Positions 29,064-39,984 of a DNA stretch of 64,000 bases are shown piece by piece. How positions within the stretch are numbered: position 1 is the first letter of the stretch; each line of letters starts with the position of its first letter. Under the pieces are notes generated by a model, which did not search any database, was not told where the DNA came from, and saw nothing but the letters and a program-made list of their open reading frames with translations. Position numbers and translations under genes: made by a program. Source of the DNA: Prevotella sp. (GTDB lineage Bacteria; Bacteroidota; Bacteroidia; Bacteroidales; Bacteroidaceae); assembly GCA_016290175.1 (NCBI GenBank), contig JAEETD010000001.1, positions 14,358 to 78,357 of the forward strand, in the 5' to 3' direction.

Positions 29064-29849
29064 TCAGAGATTCTTATTCAGGATGTCGTCGATGTCGGAG
29101 TAGGAGAGTGTCAGTTCCACGCTGCCTTTCTCGTAGGGGGCTATCTCGTAGGGATTATAGATAAACGTGATGGTCTCCTCGCCGAGGACGAAGTTTTCGG
29201 AGGGGAACATATCCATCGAGTAGAGGTATCCCTGATCCTTCAGTTCCTTCAGGTTGCTGGCTCCTGTATACGAACAGAGTGCTTTCTGGAGGATGGTGCT
29301 CAACTGGCGCTCATAGCCGGGAACAAAGACATCGGCCAGCATGAGCTGACGGCCTGTGAGCTGCTCGAAGTTAATGGTAAGATGCTGGTTGATGCCGTGG
29401 GCACCGCCTTCATAATAGTCGAGGTAGACATGATAGACCGTCGCACCCTTGTAGCCTTGTTCTGTGGAGGTCTTGACGATATAGTGATAATTATACCATT
29501 CCCCCTTCTTCTTATTATCCAGGTCCTGATTGTATAAGTGCAGAAGGTTGTACTTATAACTGGCAGTATACATATTGGCAAAGGAATCGACGGCCATCTG
29601 CATGGGGACATCCTGCATGTTGAGCAGACGTTTCTCGATGATGTTGTTGATGATCTCGGCCTTATGTTCTCCGTTGGCCTCGGTGGCATACGACAATTCC
29701 AGGTGGACATTACACGTAGGAGAGTCGTCCTGAGATGTCAGTCTGACGGTCTTGTCTGCGGTGGCTACTTCAAAGTTGATGCTTTCGTCGGTACTTCCGC
29801 AACCTGTCATAAGGAAAAACAGGGTGGCAAGGATGATTAATTTCTTCAT
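29064..29849 (-). CDS. RsiV/DUF3298-DUF4163-family lipoprotein
   Basis: Lipobox MTGC; YEGGAHG; FIYNPYEIAPY. Confidence 0.85.
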   Translation of the reverse strand: MKKLIILATLFFLMTGCGSTDESINFEVATADKTVRLTSQDDSPTCNVHLELSYATEANGEHKAEIINNIIEKRLLNMQDVPMQMAVDSFANMYTASYKYNLLHLYNQDLDNKKKGEWYNYHYIVKTSTEQGYKGATVYHVYLDYYEGGAHGINQHLTINFEQLTGRQLMLADVFVPGYERQLSTILQKALCSYTGASNLKELKDQGYLYSMDMFPSENFVLGEETITFIYNPYEIAPYEKGSVELTLSYSDIDDILNKNL

Positions 29850-29955
29850 AAATTCATTTTTGATATCATAATTATCGGCAAAAGTACACTTAATTTAGGA
29901 ATTTCGCAAATTTCTCGCAAAAAAAACGTAATTTTGCAGCCAAAATAATGGAATT

Positions 29956-30615
29956 ATGCAAGAAAGGCAACTGAAAGCAGCGTTATTCGACCTTGACGGA
30001 GTGGTGTTTGACACTGAACCCCAGTACACGGTTTTCTGGGGTGAGCAGTGTCGTATGTACCATCCTGAGCATCCCGGACTGGAACAGGAGATCAAGGGTT
30101 CTACGCTGACTCAGATCTATGACTGTTGGTTCAGTGGTCCGCTGCTGAAAGAGCAGCCTGTCATCACGGAACGGCTGAATGCCTATGAACAGCAGATGGA
30201 CTATGACTATATCGAGGGCTTTATCGCCTTTGTCGATGATCTGCGCAGGAATGGTGTGAAGACAGCCGTCGTGACCAGCTCGAATATCCCCAAGATGGAG
30301 AGCGTATACAGGAAGCAGCCAGGATTCAAGATGCTCTTCGATGCCATTCTGACTTCGGAGGATTTCGAGCGCAGCAAGCCCGATCCTGACTGTTATCTGA
30401 AAGCAGCCCGGAAACTGGGTGTCGGTGCCGGTGGCTGTGTGGTGTTCGAAGACAGTGTGAACGGCCTGCGTTCGGGGATGGCTGCCCAGATGAAAGTGGT
30501 GGGGTTGCTGACTACCAATCCCCTGGATATCGTCGCTCCACTGTCGGATATACAGGTGACGGACTATACTGGCATGACGTTTGAATCTGTTTCCCATTCC
30601 CTTAATTTCTTGTAG
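29956..30615 (+). CDS. HAD-family phosphatase (beta-PGM-like)
   Basis: FDLDGVVFDTE, VVTSS, SKPDPDCY, FEDSVNG. Confidence 0.92.
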   Translation: MQERQLKAALFDLDGVVFDTEPQYTVFWGEQCRMYHPEHPGLEQEIKGSTLTQIYDCWFSGPLLKEQPVITERLNAYEQQMDYDYIEGFIAFVDDLRRNGVKTAVVTSSNIPKMESVYRKQPGFKMLFDAILTSEDFERSKPDPDCYLKAARKLGVGAGGCVVFEDSVNGLRSGMAAQMKVVGLLTTNPLDIVAPLSDIQVTDYTGMTFESVSHSLNFL

Positions 30616-30618
30616 ACG

Positions 30619-31797
30619 ATGAATACGCAGAATACCCCCGTACATATCCGGTTATGGCACCGCGACTTCTGGCTGATGGCCATTGCCAATCTGCTGTTGA
30701 CGGTGGCGGTTTATGCGCTGATTCCTGTGATGCCCAGATGGCTGATGCAGACAGAGAACCTTACGCTGCAGGAAACGGGAATGATCATGGGGGCGTTCGG
30801 TGTCGGAATATTCCTGTTTGGCTGTTTCACATCCTATCTGGTACAGCGTTTCCGACGGAATATCGCCTGTGTCTGGGCAATTTTGCTGATGACGGCTCTC
30901 CTGGGGTGGCTTTATTATCTGGATCTGCAGAAATCGCAGTTCTTTGACTTTCAGATCCTTCTGGTTCAGCGGTTGGCACTTGGAGCAGCCTTCGGAGTAG
31001 CACAGATGATTCTGTCGAGTACGCTTATCATTGATACTTGCGAGTCGTTCCAACGGACGGAAGCCAATCACTCTGCCTCATGGTTCTCGCGGTTTGCCCT
31101 CTCCATAGGCCCTCTGACCGGACTGATTGTTGACCGTCTGGCAGGCTTCAGCAATGTATTGCTGGTGACGATAGGGTGTTCTTTGGCTGCCATCATCTTT
31201 ATCTTGTTGGTGCATTTCCCCTTTAGGACGCCTGAAGAGAATGTCAGGGTGGTGAGCCTCGACCGTTTCTTCCTGCCACAAGGATGGCCGTTGACCATCA
31301 ATCTGATTATCGTGACGTTTATCATGGGGTTGTTGCTGTCGACGACGCACTCTGAATTGTTCTACGGCATGGTGATGGTGGGATTCATGGCGGCCTTGGT
31401 GGCTCAGCGCTTCGTATTCCGTGATGCCGACATTGAGAGTGAGGTCATCACGGGTCTGGTGCTGATAAGTGTAGCCCTGTTGATGATGCTGACCCGCCAG
31501 CAGACGATCGTCTCGTTTGCTGCACCGATGTTCATTGGCTTCGGACTGGGCATCATCGGCTCCAGGTTCCTGCTGTTCTTCATCAAGCTGAGCCGTCATT
31601 GTCAGCGCGGAACGGCACAGAGTACTTTCTTCCTGGCATGGGAATGCGGACTGGCACTTGGCGTAGGTACAGGCTATGGACTGCTGGAACTGCAGGCTGG
31701 TCTTGTGCTGCAGGTATCACTCGTGACGGCCGTGGCTGCGCTCCTGTTCTATCATTTCTTTACGCACGGCTGGTATCTCAGACACAAGAACCGTTAG
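30619..31797 (+). CDS. MFS transporter
   Basis: About 12 hydrophobic segments; LWHRDFWLMAIANLL start; RGTAQSTFF. Confidence 0.82.
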   Translation: MNTQNTPVHIRLWHRDFWLMAIANLLLTVAVYALIPVMPRWLMQTENLTLQETGMIMGAFGVGIFLFGCFTSYLVQRFRRNIACVWAILLMTALLGWLYYLDLQKSQFFDFQILLVQRLALGAAFGVAQMILSSTLIIDTCESFQRTEANHSASWFSRFALSIGPLTGLIVDRLAGFSNVLLVTIGCSLAAIIFILLVHFPFRTPEENVRVVSLDRFFLPQGWPLTINLIIVTFIMGLLLSTTHSELFYGMVMVGFMAALVAQRFVFRDADIESEVITGLVLISVALLMMLTRQQTIVSFAAPMFIGFGLGIIGSRFLLFFIKLSRHCQRGTAQSTFFLAWECGLALGVGTGYGLLELQAGLVLQVSLVTAVAALLFYHFFTHGWYLRHKNR

Positions 31798-34661
31798 GCC
31801 ACACCGCAGATGCGGGCATAGGGACAATGCTGACATCGCTCACTGTCGTCGGTAGGCACAAAACTGATAGCAGGATTGAAGATGTCGCTGATGATGCTGT
31901 CAAGATGCTGCATGAAGGATTCTGAGACCGTTGCTATGTCTGTGACAGGTTCACGGCCAAGACAGAGGGTCGGGTCATAGTCGTCGGTGCCTGCATGCTG
32001 GATGAACAGGAGGGCAGGGGAGACTGACGTCTGATTGGACTTGAGCCTGACGATGTGGCTGTAGAGGAATGCCTGCAGGTAATAATCACTGTGATTCTTG
32101 ATGCCCTCTGGTGCAAAGATGGCCTCGACATCGGCAAAGGGCTTGAGCCGCTTGCTACCCGTCTTGTAGTCTATCACCCGGATGACCTGTTTGCCATCGG
32201 AAGTGGTGATGCTGTCGAGACGGTCGATCGTTCCTCCGATAGTCGTAGTAAAGGTGTTATCGCCAGAGGTGATGGTGTAATCCATCTTGACGAGCTTCTC
32301 CAACCCATGGATGGTAAAGGGCGTGAGACGGAGGTCTATCTCGAGCAGTTGCCGGATGTATTTGATGATGACCTCGCGGCTGATGATCTGAAGGCCGTCG
32401 AGCGGTGGCAATTGCCGGGATGCGTCTTTTATCCGGAACAGATCCTCCTTGATGGCTTCGTCAACGGCACGCTCAATATCCACTTCGGTCTTGAGCTGAT
32501 ATTCTATGTCGGACGCCTTGATATAAGAGCTCCGCTGCCTGAGTTTCTTGTAGATGAGTTGGGCAGCCAGGTGGAAGATGTTTCCGAAGACGCGTTGGTC
32601 GATGGTGTCTTCATCATTGTAGTCAGGCTCGACGATGCCACTCACATAATAATAGAAGAACTGCAGCTGACAGCGCATATAACGGTTGATGGCTGTCGGG
32701 GACAGCATCTTGCCTGCAAAGAGGTTGCGCAGTATCTGCATCACCGCATCGGTCTTGTTGATGGGCTGGAGAGTCCGCTGTATCAGTGACTGACCAGCCT
32801 GAAGGGTCTGGAAGGTAATCCGGTGGTTGCTCTCTACCATCATCTGCAGCATGAAGCGGGACATTTCACCCGTCTGACCATCATTGGTGGAGTTGTTGTA
32901 GACCAGTGTGATGTCGTTGGCACGCTGGAGCAGACGGTGGAAATAATAGGCATAGATGGCTACCTTGTGGTCGATGGTTGTGAGGCCATAGGCCTTGCGG
33001 ATGCTGTATGGGATGAACGAGGTATCGCTGACGCCCTTGGGGAGGTTGCCCTCATTGCAGGAGAGCAGCAGTACATGGTCGAAGTCGATGTTGCGTGTCT
33101 CAAGGACGCCCATGATCTGGATGCCTTCAATGGGTTCACCGTGAAAGGGTATGCTCGTAGCAGATACGATCTGTGTGATCAGTCTCTGCAAGGTGAGGGT
33201 ATCGATATTGAGCGTACCGCTATTGACAAGATCGCTGAGACGGTTCAACAGGGTGTACATACGGAAAAGACTCTCATGGGTAATGGGTGATGAAGCGGTA
33301 GTGTCGGTGCCGATGTTCTTCGCAATCAGACGGATGACTGACAACAGCCAGAGAAGCAGGGTCTTGTTGAATTCGTCCTTGTTGTCACACGCCATTGAGA
33401 AGAGCAGAGTGAGTCCTTCATCTTTTGAAAGCAATGCTTTATCAGGAAAGTATATCTTTTTGGTATTCAGCTCGTTGTAGAGTTCATTGTATTGTATGGA
33501 AATGTAGCGGGCATAGGGGTGGCGCAATACATGGTTGACATGACGGAGCCGATAATTTCCAGTCCCGACGACATAGCCATTCGTCTGGAGTGTGATGAGC
33601 AGATTGACCAGGGAGACCACAGGTGTCTGAGAGAGCGGATAACCTGTTGTGATATTGACTTTCTGTACTTCTGTGGGAATGCAATGGATGACGGTCTGCA
33701 ACAGATTCTCATTGCCTAGGACCACCGCCGTCTTCCTGTTGTCGGCAATGCGGTTCTGCTGTTGCAGCCAGGTGCTGATATAGCGGGCCTGGATATTCTC
33801 TGTTGGTGCAGAAATGAATGTGATCGTCTTCGGTCTGGCGAAATTGCTGTAGATATTATCGTCTTTGTCGTCCAGTTCATTAGGAAAGAGATCCAGATAC
33901 TGGGCAATGTAGTAGCCTGCCTCATTTTTAAGGTAATGTCGGTCATAATCCCAGTAGAAACGGGCCTTTCCCTGCTGCTTCATACGTTGGAAGAGCGTCT
34001 GCTCTACCTGCTGGAGCATATTGAATCCGATGAAGATATAGGTGCCGTATCTGAAATCGATATCTGCCTGTTCGGCCACTTCACGATAGAGTGCCCCTTC
34101 ATAGGCCAGTCCCTGCGCGGACAGTCTCTGATTAAAGGCAAGGTAGATGTCGTGAATATGGGTCCAAAGCTGCAGGAAACGCTGCTTCAGTTCGCTGTTA
34201 TGCTCTTCATTGAAATTGCTGAAGAATTTGCGAAGGATTTCCCGTTGTGTATCCGTGAGATAGGATGTGTCGTCATACTCGTGGATATCGCGCAGATTAC
34301 TTAGGACATGCTCCGCAGAGGCCATGTTCTTGTCGATATCGTCGAAATCAGACAGTAGCAGCTGTCCCCATCCGTAGAAATGGTCGAGGCTTTCGTTGAT
34401 GCCCGTACACTGGGTAAAGCACTGGTGGAGCTCACATACCAGTTTGATGGGGTCGGCCACCTGCCGCTGGCTGTGACTGCGGAAGAGTTCGCTGATGGTG
34501 ATATAGGTAGGACTCCAAAGAGGCTTGCCAGCCAGACGTGCCAGGTGCTCATTGAGGAAAAGTGCTGCCCGCTTGTTGGGGAAGACAACGACAATCTCCG
34601 ACAGGTTGGTACCGTATTTCCTGAGCAGATCGGCTGCGACGTATTCGAGAAAGGATTTCAT
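31794..34661 (-). CDS. PD-(D/E)XK nuclease, AddB/RexB-like
   Basis: VVFPNKRA; GIQIMGVLETR; C-terminal GTIDRLD...IDYKTG, QAFLY; Fe-S Cys (C...CQHCPYARIC). Confidence 0.88.
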   Translation of the reverse strand: MKSFLEYVAADLLRKYGTNLSEIVVVFPNKRAALFLNEHLARLAGKPLWSPTYITISELFRSHSQRQVADPIKLVCELHQCFTQCTGINESLDHFYGWGQLLLSDFDDIDKNMASAEHVLSNLRDIHEYDDTSYLTDTQREILRKFFSNFNEEHNSELKQRFLQLWTHIHDIYLAFNQRLSAQGLAYEGALYREVAEQADIDFRYGTYIFIGFNMLQQVEQTLFQRMKQQGKARFYWDYDRHYLKNEAGYYIAQYLDLFPNELDDKDDNIYSNFARPKTITFISAPTENIQARYISTWLQQQNRIADNRKTAVVLGNENLLQTVIHCIPTEVQKVNITTGYPLSQTPVVSLVNLLITLQTNGYVVGTGNYRLRHVNHVLRHPYARYISIQYNELYNELNTKKIYFPDKALLSKDEGLTLLFSMACDNKDEFNKTLLLWLLSVIRLIAKNIGTDTTASSPITHESLFRMYTLLNRLSDLVNSGTLNIDTLTLQRLITQIVSATSIPFHGEPIEGIQIMGVLETRNIDFDHVLLLSCNEGNLPKGVSDTSFIPYSIRKAYGLTTIDHKVAIYAYYFHRLLQRANDITLVYNNSTNDGQTGEMSRFMLQMMVESNHRITFQTLQAGQSLIQRTLQPINKTDAVMQILRNLFAGKMLSPTAINRYMRCQLQFFYYYVSGIVEPDYNDEDTIDQRVFGNIFHLAAQLIYKKLRQRSSYIKASDIEYQLKTEVDIERAVDEAIKEDLFRIKDASRQLPPLDGLQIISREVIIKYIRQLLEIDLRLTPFTIHGLEKLVKMDYTITSGDNTFTTTIGGTIDRLDSITTSDGKQVIRVIDYKTGSKRLKPFADVEAIFAPEGIKNHSDYYLQAFLYSHIVRLKSNQTSVSPALLFIQHAGTDDYDPTLCLGREPVTDIATVSESFMQHLDSIISDIFNPAISFVPTDDSERCQHCPYARICGVA

Positions 34662-34671
34662 AGCGTGCGGA

Positions 34672-37600
34672 TTATGGTTGTTTGAATGATACTTCTGTTA
34701 TCTTGTTTGAATAGACAAACCAGAGGAATCCCTTGATGTTGGAATGCCCCATGTCAGCCAGCAACTGCATATATTGCCGGACCTGATCGTGGTATTCGTC
34801 TTTCGGACTACCGAACTTAAAGTCGACCACCACCCATTCATTGCCGTCTGTCATCACGCGGTCGGGGCGTCGCTCAATGACCTCTCCATCTTCAACGGTC
34901 AGGATCGTACATTCATTGAAGAGTGTCCAACGGTCTGAGAACCAATCTGCCACCCGTGGGTTCTGCAGTCGTTTGCGGAGCATGGATGAGATCTTTTCGG
35001 CCGTTATCTGTTCATCGTAGAGGATTCCCTCAAGCTGAAGGCGTTTTAAGGCAACGTCAATATCAGCGGTTGTACGGATGGTTGAGAATATCTGGTGGAG
35101 GATGCTTCCCGTCTGGATATACTGCCTTTGCTGCTGATCATCGTTCTCTTCGTCTTGCTGGGTGATGAAATCCTTGCTGCGGTTGCTCTGGCGGAAGGAT
35201 ACGGGATTGTCGAATGTGTCGATGTCAATTCCAATCGTTGTCGTCTGTTGCAGGAAAGGATTGGGTGAGAGGGTGGTGCAACTGGTGTCTTCGGCTGTCC
35301 TGACCATCAGCGAACCAAATGAGAAGACGAGTGGCTCATTCTCATTCTCAATGCCGGAGAGTATGGCTGTAGGCTTCTTTTCTGACACGAGGGGTAATAC
35401 CTGTTCGATGAGGACAGAACGGCTGTTTTTGGCATGTCGCTTACCGATGACAAAGAGACTCTGGCAGGCACGCGTAAAGGCCACATAGAGCAGATTGAGA
35501 TTGTCGACGGTATTCTGCAGGTGCTCATGCCGATAGTCGTCTTCATAGATGGTGCCCATCATCTGTTTTTGGTTATAGTCGATGGGAACAATGGGCAGTT
35601 CGTTGAAGGGGGCTTCGTCAGGCTGGCACCAGAGGATGTTGCCTTGTGACTTTTCCAATTGCCAGTCGCAGAAGGGGATGATGACATGGTCGAACTCCAA
35701 GCCCTTCGACTTGTGGATGGAGATCAGGCGTATACCATCGATCTCGTCGCTCTGAATGGTCTTTGCGCACAGGTTCTCCTCCCATTCTGTGACAAAGGCA
35801 TCAATGCCTGTGGAATTCTCGGTGGTAAAGCTGATGAGTTGGTCGTAGAAGGCACACAGATAGGCACTCTGCCCTTTCAGACGATTCAGGCCGAAGATGG
35901 TATAGAGACGTTCGGTCAATTCATATAAGGAGAGATTCAACAGTTCCTCAAAGTGGTTAATGTAGGCTTCTGGCAATAATTCATCGAGCGGGTTGGTGCT
36001 CAGCAGAAGTTCGTTGTCGGTAGTATGAGTACCAAGCACATAGCATTGATATAGCTTTGCGATATCTGCCTTGGCGAGCGAATCATCGGGATGGGTAATC
36101 AGATGAAGGGCTTCGACAAGCAGGTTGACGGCTACGGAGGCATCAAGACGGAAAGCCTCGTCGGATACAATCCGGATATCCGGCAAATGCTTGGTGAAAT
36201 AGTCTGCAATCAGGGGTATGGAGGCGTTGGATCTCACGAGAATAGCCATCTCTGACGGCTTGATGCCTTTGTCGCGGAGGTCACAGACAATGTCGGCAAT
36301 CTGCATGAGGGTATTCTCCTGGTAATCTTCAGAAGGGAGCAGTTGAATATGGATGAGACCGTTTTCTTCCAGTTTGTCAGGAACAGTCTGTTCCACATCT
36401 GCATAGGCACGCTGGAGGGCTGTTGCTTCAGGATCATCTTGTAGCGCCAGGTATTCCAGTTGTGCTGCTGTACTGAAGAAGAGATTGTTGAATTCGATGA
36501 TATTGCGTTGTGAACGGTAATTGGTGCTAAGGGTACGGATGTCGAGTTGTGCCTCCGGGTCAGGAAACTGTGCCTGAATATCATTCAGGAGTCGCCAGTC
36601 GCCAGAACGCCAGCGGTAGATACTCTGCTTGACATCGCCTACAATCAGGTTTTCTGCATCTTCCTGACTCATGGTCTCGGATAGCAACACCTTGAAATTC
36701 TGCCATTGAACGGTGGAAGTGTCCTGGAACTCGTCGATCATGACATGCTGCAATTGGCTGCCTATCTTCTCGAAGATGAAAGGTGTGTCGCTGCCATCGA
36801 TCAAGGCATGGAGCAACTGCTGGGTATCGCTCAGCAGAAAACGGTTGGCACTCTCATTGAGTTCGCGTACTTTCTTCTCGATACTGCCCAATAGCCTTAA
36901 CTGACTGAGATGACGCAGGGTGATATCAGCCGACTGATAGATTTTCCACTGGCGGGGACGCTCTTCAAAAGCCATGCGGAGTATCTGACCTAAAGATGAG
37001 TCGGCAAGGCTGTATATGAGTTCCTTGCGGGGATGAGTCTTCTTACACCATTTCTCAGGATCTCCCATGCTGTCAATCACGCGCTTGCCTACGCTGCTCT
37101 CATCGAAGACGCCATCCTGTAGTTTCAGGAAGAAACCGCAGATGCCTGACTTGCCGTAAGAGAAGTCGTCAATCATAAGACCTTCGCTTGCTATTGTGTC
37201 AAAGAAATCCTGGGCAAATCCTTTCATCCGCTCTTCCGCAGACTGTCGTAACTCTTTCAGACGGGCAGTATATCTGTCGAAGAAGCCTGGTTCCTCCATC
37301 TTCTGGCGTAATGTATTGCTAACGTTCTTATAGTTATCATGGAAGATGGTCTTACCAAACGCCTTAATCTGCCCGATAACGTTCCAGGACTTATCGTCGG
37401 AGATGTTATCCATGATATACTTCAACAGCCATTGAAGAAGGATATCAGTAGTGTGAAGGTCTTCTATCAGTTGGTCAACGGCTAGTTCTTCCACCTGGGA
37501 GTCGTTGAGTCCGATGCGCAGATTGGCTGTCAGATCCAGTTCACGGGCGAGGTTGCGAAGTACGCCCTGAAAGAAGGTGTCGATAGTCTCCACGCGGAAG

Positions 37601-37911
37601 TAGTTATAATTGTGGAGCAGATAGCCAAGGGCCATTCCTGCCCGTTCACTGACGACAGTATCCGAAAGGCCTGTCTTTTCACGGATGACCTTCTTGTATT
37701 TATCAGAGTCGGGTAGTCGCTTCCAGATGCCGTAAAGCTGACTGAGAATGCGCATTTTCATCTCTTCTGTAGCCTTGTTGGTAAAGGTTACAGCCAGAAT
37801 GTTGCGGTAACATTGTGGGTCTTGAACTACAAGCTTGATATATTCCGTGGCTAGCGTGAAAGTCTTACCACTGCCCGCACTGGCTTTGTATACTGTTAAC
37901 GGTTTACTCAT
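34672..37911 (-). CDS. UvrD-type helicase/nuclease, AddA/RexA-like
   Basis: ASAGSGKT, TFTNKA, IDEFQD, VGDVKQSIYRWR, SIHKSKGLEF, LYVAFTRA; C-terminal RPDRV..VDFKFG. Confidence 0.92.
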   Translation of the reverse strand: MSKPLTVYKASAGSGKTFTLATEYIKLVVQDPQCYRNILAVTFTNKATEEMKMRILSQLYGIWKRLPDSDKYKKVIREKTGLSDTVVSERAGMALGYLLHNYNYFRVETIDTFFQGVLRNLARELDLTANLRIGLNDSQVEELAVDQLIEDLHTTDILLQWLLKYIMDNISDDKSWNVIGQIKAFGKTIFHDNYKNVSNTLRQKMEEPGFFDRYTARLKELRQSAEERMKGFAQDFFDTIASEGLMIDDFSYGKSGICGFFLKLQDGVFDESSVGKRVIDSMGDPEKWCKKTHPRKELIYSLADSSLGQILRMAFEERPRQWKIYQSADITLRHLSQLRLLGSIEKKVRELNESANRFLLSDTQQLLHALIDGSDTPFIFEKIGSQLQHVMIDEFQDTSTVQWQNFKVLLSETMSQEDAENLIVGDVKQSIYRWRSGDWRLLNDIQAQFPDPEAQLDIRTLSTNYRSQRNIIEFNNLFFSTAAQLEYLALQDDPEATALQRAYADVEQTVPDKLEENGLIHIQLLPSEDYQENTLMQIADIVCDLRDKGIKPSEMAILVRSNASIPLIADYFTKHLPDIRIVSDEAFRLDASVAVNLLVEALHLITHPDDSLAKADIAKLYQCYVLGTHTTDNELLLSTNPLDELLPEAYINHFEELLNLSLYELTERLYTIFGLNRLKGQSAYLCAFYDQLISFTTENSTGIDAFVTEWEENLCAKTIQSDEIDGIRLISIHKSKGLEFDHVIIPFCDWQLEKSQGNILWCQPDEAPFNELPIVPIDYNQKQMMGTIYEDDYRHEHLQNTVDNLNLLYVAFTRACQSLFVIGKRHAKNSRSVLIEQVLPLVSEKKPTAILSGIENENEPLVFSFGSLMVRTAEDTSCTTLSPNPFLQQTTTIGIDIDTFDNPVSFRQSNRSKDFITQQDEENDDQQQRQYIQTGSILHQIFSTIRTTADIDVALKRLQLEGILYDEQITAEKISSMLRKRLQNPRVADWFSDRWTLFNECTILTVEDGEVIERRPDRVMTDGNEWVVVDFKFGSPKDEYHDQVRQYMQLLADMGHSNIKGFLWFVYSNKITEVSFKQP

Positions 37912-37923
37912 GATAATTGATGA

Positions 37924-39975
37924 TTACCAACGTCTGAATAACTCGAAGTCGAACTTGAAACCCGTATTCTGGAAATGACTGTTCTTGAAACTGGCAAAGG
38001 CTGCTACAGATATGTATCTGTTGGTAAAACCATATCCTATTTCATAATAGGGGCGTGTACGTTCAAGCAGAACGGAATTGATGTAGAATCTTTCTTTTTC
38101 GATGTATTTCCCCACATAAGGCAACCATGTGGCTATCATCAATGGGGACTCGTAGGAGGCATTGGCACGGATGTAGTAATCGGAACGGTTGAACTCGCTG
38201 CCGTTCAATAGTTGGAAGTCACCTGTCCAGTCATCGTTCCAACCATCAGGCAAATTGGTCTCCTGGAAGTTGTCGAAGTCAACGAAATAGTTCTGCTCCC
38301 GATGTGAATAGGTGCCGTAGCCAGCTCTCAGGTTGAGTAATCTCAGACCTGGCATCTTGATTTTCCATTGGGCATCCGACTCCCAGCGTTCATAGCTGAT
38401 GTTAGAAGAGAAGATCTTATCAAATCCTCTTTCCCAAGTGAACGTGAAGAGAGGTCCTTTCTCCCAAGGCAGGATCTTGATACCCATCATCGGTGCAAAG
38501 CTGGTATAGACCGTTGGCATATTGTATCTCGTCATCATGGTCTTATTGACGGCACTGCGCCTGTGGAAGACCAAACCCGTCTCAATGTCCAACCAGTCGA
38601 AGAGCATGATATTGTTGTAGGCACGGATATAGGTATTCTTGAACTTGTTCATATCCATATTCGTGAAGTCAAGCGTATCGCCAAACTCCTCCTTGATCAG
38701 TTCCGCCACAGTAGAGTTGCTGATGCGGTTTCCGTTACCCATCGTCAACTCGGCATATCCGTTACGTTTCGGGTTGTAGGTCATACGCAATGGGGCATCG
38801 AAGAATATCTGCTTGATCTTGAAATTATAACCGAAATATGGGTTGAACGTCAGATAACGGTGAGGGGAGAAGGTATATTGGAAACGCAGTTTCATCTTGT
38901 ACGAGAAACCTTTGCTGTCACTATACCTGATGGCGAGAGGGTCGATGATGGGCGACAGCCTGAAATAGGTCTGTTCCGATTCGGCTCTGATAGGGGTGAC
39001 GAGCGTCTCACCGATGGTGTCCCAGAAGATTTTCTTGAAGAAATTGGGTTTCTTGGTAATCGTATCTTCAGGTGCAGGTGGCGTGGGGAAGTAGTCCTCT
39101 GTCTTCTCATACAGCTCTTCCTCCTCCACAGTCAGTGGGATGGGGCGCAAGGTGTCCATTGTCGCCTTGCCTTCTGCCCAGAGGATGCTGTCGGGCAATT
39201 CTGCCTTGCAGTTGTGCATTGATGTGAGATTGGCTGAAATACGATTGCCTGCAAACTTGAATGAAGCGGCAGTCGATGATCTCCAGGGAGTGATAAACCT
39301 TCCACCTTGGTTACTGTAATTGAGCTCTGTACGGAAATTGATCATATCAAACTCACCGTTGAACACAGTCCTTAGAATGCGGCCCGTCTCTGTTTCGACG
39401 ATGGCATAGCCATTCAGTAACTGGGTGTTGTAGAGCTTTGGGGTGAAGTCGATTCGGGTTGTACCATCAGCAGAGTTGATGTTCTGACGATATTTGTACA
39501 GTCTTTTGTTTGCCTTATGGAATGGTGATAAGATATAACCTTCGAATAATGACTCGTCGTAGATCTTGGGGGTGATCAAATCTACCAAGGTCGGCATGGC
39601 ATTACGATTATGTCTGATGGTACCTGATTTTACCTGACTGATGATATCAAAATCGTGCTCATTGGTATACAGGAATTTGCTATAGGTCTCACGGATGTAT
39701 TGGCGTTCGTCTTTAGCCAGGGAGTACATGGTCGGTATGAGCCAAAGGGTAGCGTTACGTTTTTCTACATTGAAGCGTAGTTTTATATAGATATTATCCG
39801 TGATGCTGTCTGTATAGGGCTGGTGATATTGCGGATAGGCGTAGATACGAGGGAGTATCAGGGAGTCTTTCTTCTCCCAGTCCCAGGCAAAAACATTGCT
39901 GGGCATACTTGTGAGTATGCCCAGCACTATGTAAAATATCAGCGTTTTGCAATTCACAATTGCAAAGGTACGCAT
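37924..39975 (-). CDS. Outer-membrane protein, DUF5686-like
   Basis: Signal peptide; beta-rich C-terminal half ending YEIGYGF...FDFELFRRW. The true start may be a few codons downstream because a -7 box lies at 39963-39970. Confidence 0.7.
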   Translation of the reverse strand: MRTFAIVNCKTLIFYIVLGILTSMPSNVFAWDWEKKDSLILPRIYAYPQYHQPYTDSITDNIYIKLRFNVEKRNATLWLIPTMYSLAKDERQYIRETYSKFLYTNEHDFDIISQVKSGTIRHNRNAMPTLVDLITPKIYDESLFEGYILSPFHKANKRLYKYRQNINSADGTTRIDFTPKLYNTQLLNGYAIVETETGRILRTVFNGEFDMINFRTELNYSNQGGRFITPWRSSTAASFKFAGNRISANLTSMHNCKAELPDSILWAEGKATMDTLRPIPLTVEEEELYEKTEDYFPTPPAPEDTITKKPNFFKKIFWDTIGETLVTPIRAESEQTYFRLSPIIDPLAIRYSDSKGFSYKMKLRFQYTFSPHRYLTFNPYFGYNFKIKQIFFDAPLRMTYNPKRNGYAELTMGNGNRISNSTVAELIKEEFGDTLDFTNMDMNKFKNTYIRAYNNIMLFDWLDIETGLVFHRRSAVNKTMMTRYNMPTVYTSFAPMMGIKILPWEKGPLFTFTWERGFDKIFSSNISYERWESDAQWKIKMPGLRLLNLRAGYGTYSHREQNYFVDFDNFQETNLPDGWNDDWTGDFQLLNGSEFNRSDYYIRANASYESPLMIATWLPYVGKYIEKERFYINSVLLERTRPYYEIGYGFTNRYISVAAFASFKNSHFQNTGFKFDFELFRRW

Positions 39976-39984
39976 ATTTTTGAT